The position numbers and the translations under genes are program-made. The notes under the pieces were generated by a model. That model had not been told where the DNA came from. It did no database searches and saw nothing but the letters and a program-made list of their open reading frames with translations. Of a stretch of 35,666 nt of DNA, positions 34,134 through 35,666 are shown one piece after another; the stretch's first letter is position 1; the number at the start of each line of letters is the position of its first letter. The DNA comes from a virus (Duplodnaviria > Caudoviricetes), in the IMG/VR virus record IMGVR_UViG_3300045918_000224, positions 1 through 35,666 of that record. One strand, given 5' to 3'.

Positions 34134-34333
34134 TTCACACCGTCTTCACGGTCGATGCTTTTCAGCCCCTCCACCCGCCCCAAGTCACACAGCCGTTGAA
34201 AACATCTGATCCAGTCGGCCGGCACAAGACAGTCCGGCTGATAGCAAAACGGTCCGTCCTCCACCGCATCTGAATCATTGCAGCTGTGGTATGGGCATTT
34301 ATCGTAATAGCATTCGATGGCCATGGCGTTCAC
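34130..34333 (-). CDS. Small Cys-rich protein
   Basis: 67 aa; C-x4-C-x2-H-x-C..C-x4-C; 4-nt overlaps with both neighbours (GTG start). Confidence 0.65.
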   Translation of the reverse strand: MNAMAIECYYDKCPYHSCNDSDAVEDGPFCYQPDCLVPADWIRCFQRLCDLGRVEGLKSIDREDGVK

Positions 34334-35412
34334 CAGAACAGCAATGGCGCGCCGTCTGCTTCTTTGAACTGCCCGGTCTTTTTCTTACGGGAAGTGCGAA
34401 GTCCGGCGAACGTACGTTCCATGCGTTTGATCTTCCACATCATCGTTTTCTTGCGATAGAGACTTGCCGGCCACGTGCCGGTGGCTTCAAAGAACTGATA
34501 CTTGTTTTCGCGAATGAAGCGCCATTCCAACGGGTTGATGATATCCACCTGCACGTGCTCCGTTATGTTACCGCGTTCCCCTTTGGCGGGATGCCATAAT
34601 GTGTCAGGCACGTTCTCGAATGGATAAATCACGCCTGCGAGTGGTTTAGAACGATTCGGCAGGTTCCATGAGTTTGTGCTACAAACAACCGGCGCCGCGA
34701 TGTCGTAACGCGATCCCATCTTTAAGCGCTCCACCCATCCGCCGTCCGCACCGAAACCAAAACCAGTGACGATGTCCTTACCTGTCGCGGGATCCTTCCC
34801 CTTTTGCGGCCATCCGGAGACGCCGAACTTAATCGGGTGCAGCAGGAGGTCCGGGTTGGCGCGGGAGATCGCATGCCAGAGGTAGCTTGAATACACCTCC
34901 CAACAAAACAGCACGCTGACACGAATGCCATCCACGTCAACCACCTGTGAACGATTACGGAAACTTTCTTCCGGTGAGACATCGGTTAGACCGGCCACAT
35001 CGTACGCAGGGAGCATCATTTTATCATAGTAGCCTGCCACATCGCCTCCCTTGCCGACCAGATAAAAGCGTTCGCGGGTGAGCCGTGAAACGCGATCAAT
35101 CACCAGCGCCCCGAATGCCATGATGCAGTGATGCTTGACAGCGAGTGCCTTGATTGGATCAAGCACAACGTCTTCCTCATAGGCCAATGGCTCATCTACC
35201 TTGAAGAACAGTTGTTGAACCCCACCGAAAAACTCCTGCGGTGTTAGCAACAGGTCGGGAGCGTGCTCGATCAATTGTTTCTCCAGCCATTCAAGTTTCG
35301 CTTGCTGCCCCAGTTTCTGCTCCGGGACGCAGCTGAGTACTTTAATTGGCGGCAGCGATGGGATGGGGGTGTGGAGTGGTTCTTGTGGTTCGTCGTCAAA
35401 TAACTGTTCCAT
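34330..35412 (-). CDS. Carbon-nitrogen hydrolase (nitrilase superfamily)
   Basis: Catalytic triad in order: PDLLLTPQE (E at 35233), YYDK (K at 35020), VLFCWEVY (C at 34903); GAGG RBS. Confidence 0.82.
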   Translation of the reverse strand: MEQLFDDEPQEPLHTPIPSLPPIKVLSCVPEQKLGQQAKLEWLEKQLIEHAPDLLLTPQEFFGGVQQLFFKVDEPLAYEEDVVLDPIKALAVKHHCIMAFGALVIDRVSRLTRERFYLVGKGGDVAGYYDKMMLPAYDVAGLTDVSPEESFRNRSQVVDVDGIRVSVLFCWEVYSSYLWHAISRANPDLLLHPIKFGVSGWPQKGKDPATGKDIVTGFGFGADGGWVERLKMGSRYDIAAPVVCSTNSWNLPNRSKPLAGVIYPFENVPDTLWHPAKGERGNITEHVQVDIINPLEWRFIRENKYQFFEATGTWPASLYRKKTMMWKIKRMERTFAGLRTSRKKKTGQFKEADGAPLLFW

Positions 35413-35424
35413 AGTATTACCTCA

Positions 35425-35666
35425 TTAGTGTGTTGTTTGATTGCTGCAATCTCCACGATAGCAATCAGAGCCATGCTCCCCGTACGAAATAGCAAATAGC
35501 ACAGTGCTATAAACCACGGCTTTGATTAGCGGTGGCGCAGCACTTAACGTCTGTTTGAAATGCAGGGCGAGGTCGGGCGGAATCACGGATAGGAAATGAC
35601 CGCCGTGTGCTTGAAAGCCCGCCTCCACCTCCGCATCGAATGCCGCCATCGATGCGATTTCTTCTT
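35425..35666 (-). CDS. Hypothetical protein, probably the 3' part of a gene entering from the right edge
   Basis: The frame is open from the window edge (EEIASMAAFD...) to TAA at 35425. Confidence 0.55.
   Translation of the reverse strand, partial: EEIASMAAFDAEVEAGFQAHGGHFLSVIPPDLALHFKQTLSAAPPLIKAVVYSTVLFAISYGEHGSDCYRGDCSNQTTH

Larger units (their letters stand above)
1..35666 (-). mobile_element. Tailed phage (Caudoviricetes, siphovirus-type) genome segment
   Basis: Co-oriented, tightly coupled genes (many ATGA/TAATG overlaps) in canonical order terminase-portal-protease-capsid-neck-tube-chaperone-TMP-tail tip; no sheath gene; no host genes. Prophage versus free phage cannot be decided from this window. 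Confidence 0.97.

Overview
The whole window is part of a tailed dsDNA phage genome (siphovirus-type; no integrase, lysis or host genes are in view). Every credible gene is on the minus strand. In transcription order (right to left) there are four blocks. (1) DNA modification and replication: a nitrilase-superfamily enzyme, a small Cys-rich protein, a DpdA/TGT-like transglycosylase, a sliding-clamp-like protein, a family A DNA polymerase with unusual active-site substitutions, and a PD-(D/E)XK nuclease. (2) An AT-rich intergenic region with iteron-like and inverted repeats. (3) Packaging and head: TerS, TerL, portal, a stand-alone R-S-E ADP-ribosyltransferase, a MuF-like protein, a TraR/DksA-like Zn finger, protease-scaffold and major capsid. 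(4) Neck and tail: adaptor, gp10-like protein, terminator, tube, frameshifted chaperones, tape measure, DUF2460, DUF2163, NlpC/P60, a 1784-aa tail tip, and several fibre/spike proteins. The best candidate for an undescribed system is the nitrilase + dpdA + clamp + altered PolA cluster, which suggests a variant, possibly clamp-coupled, 7-deazaguanine DNA hypermodification route. All family calls come from motif recognition by eye; no searches were run.
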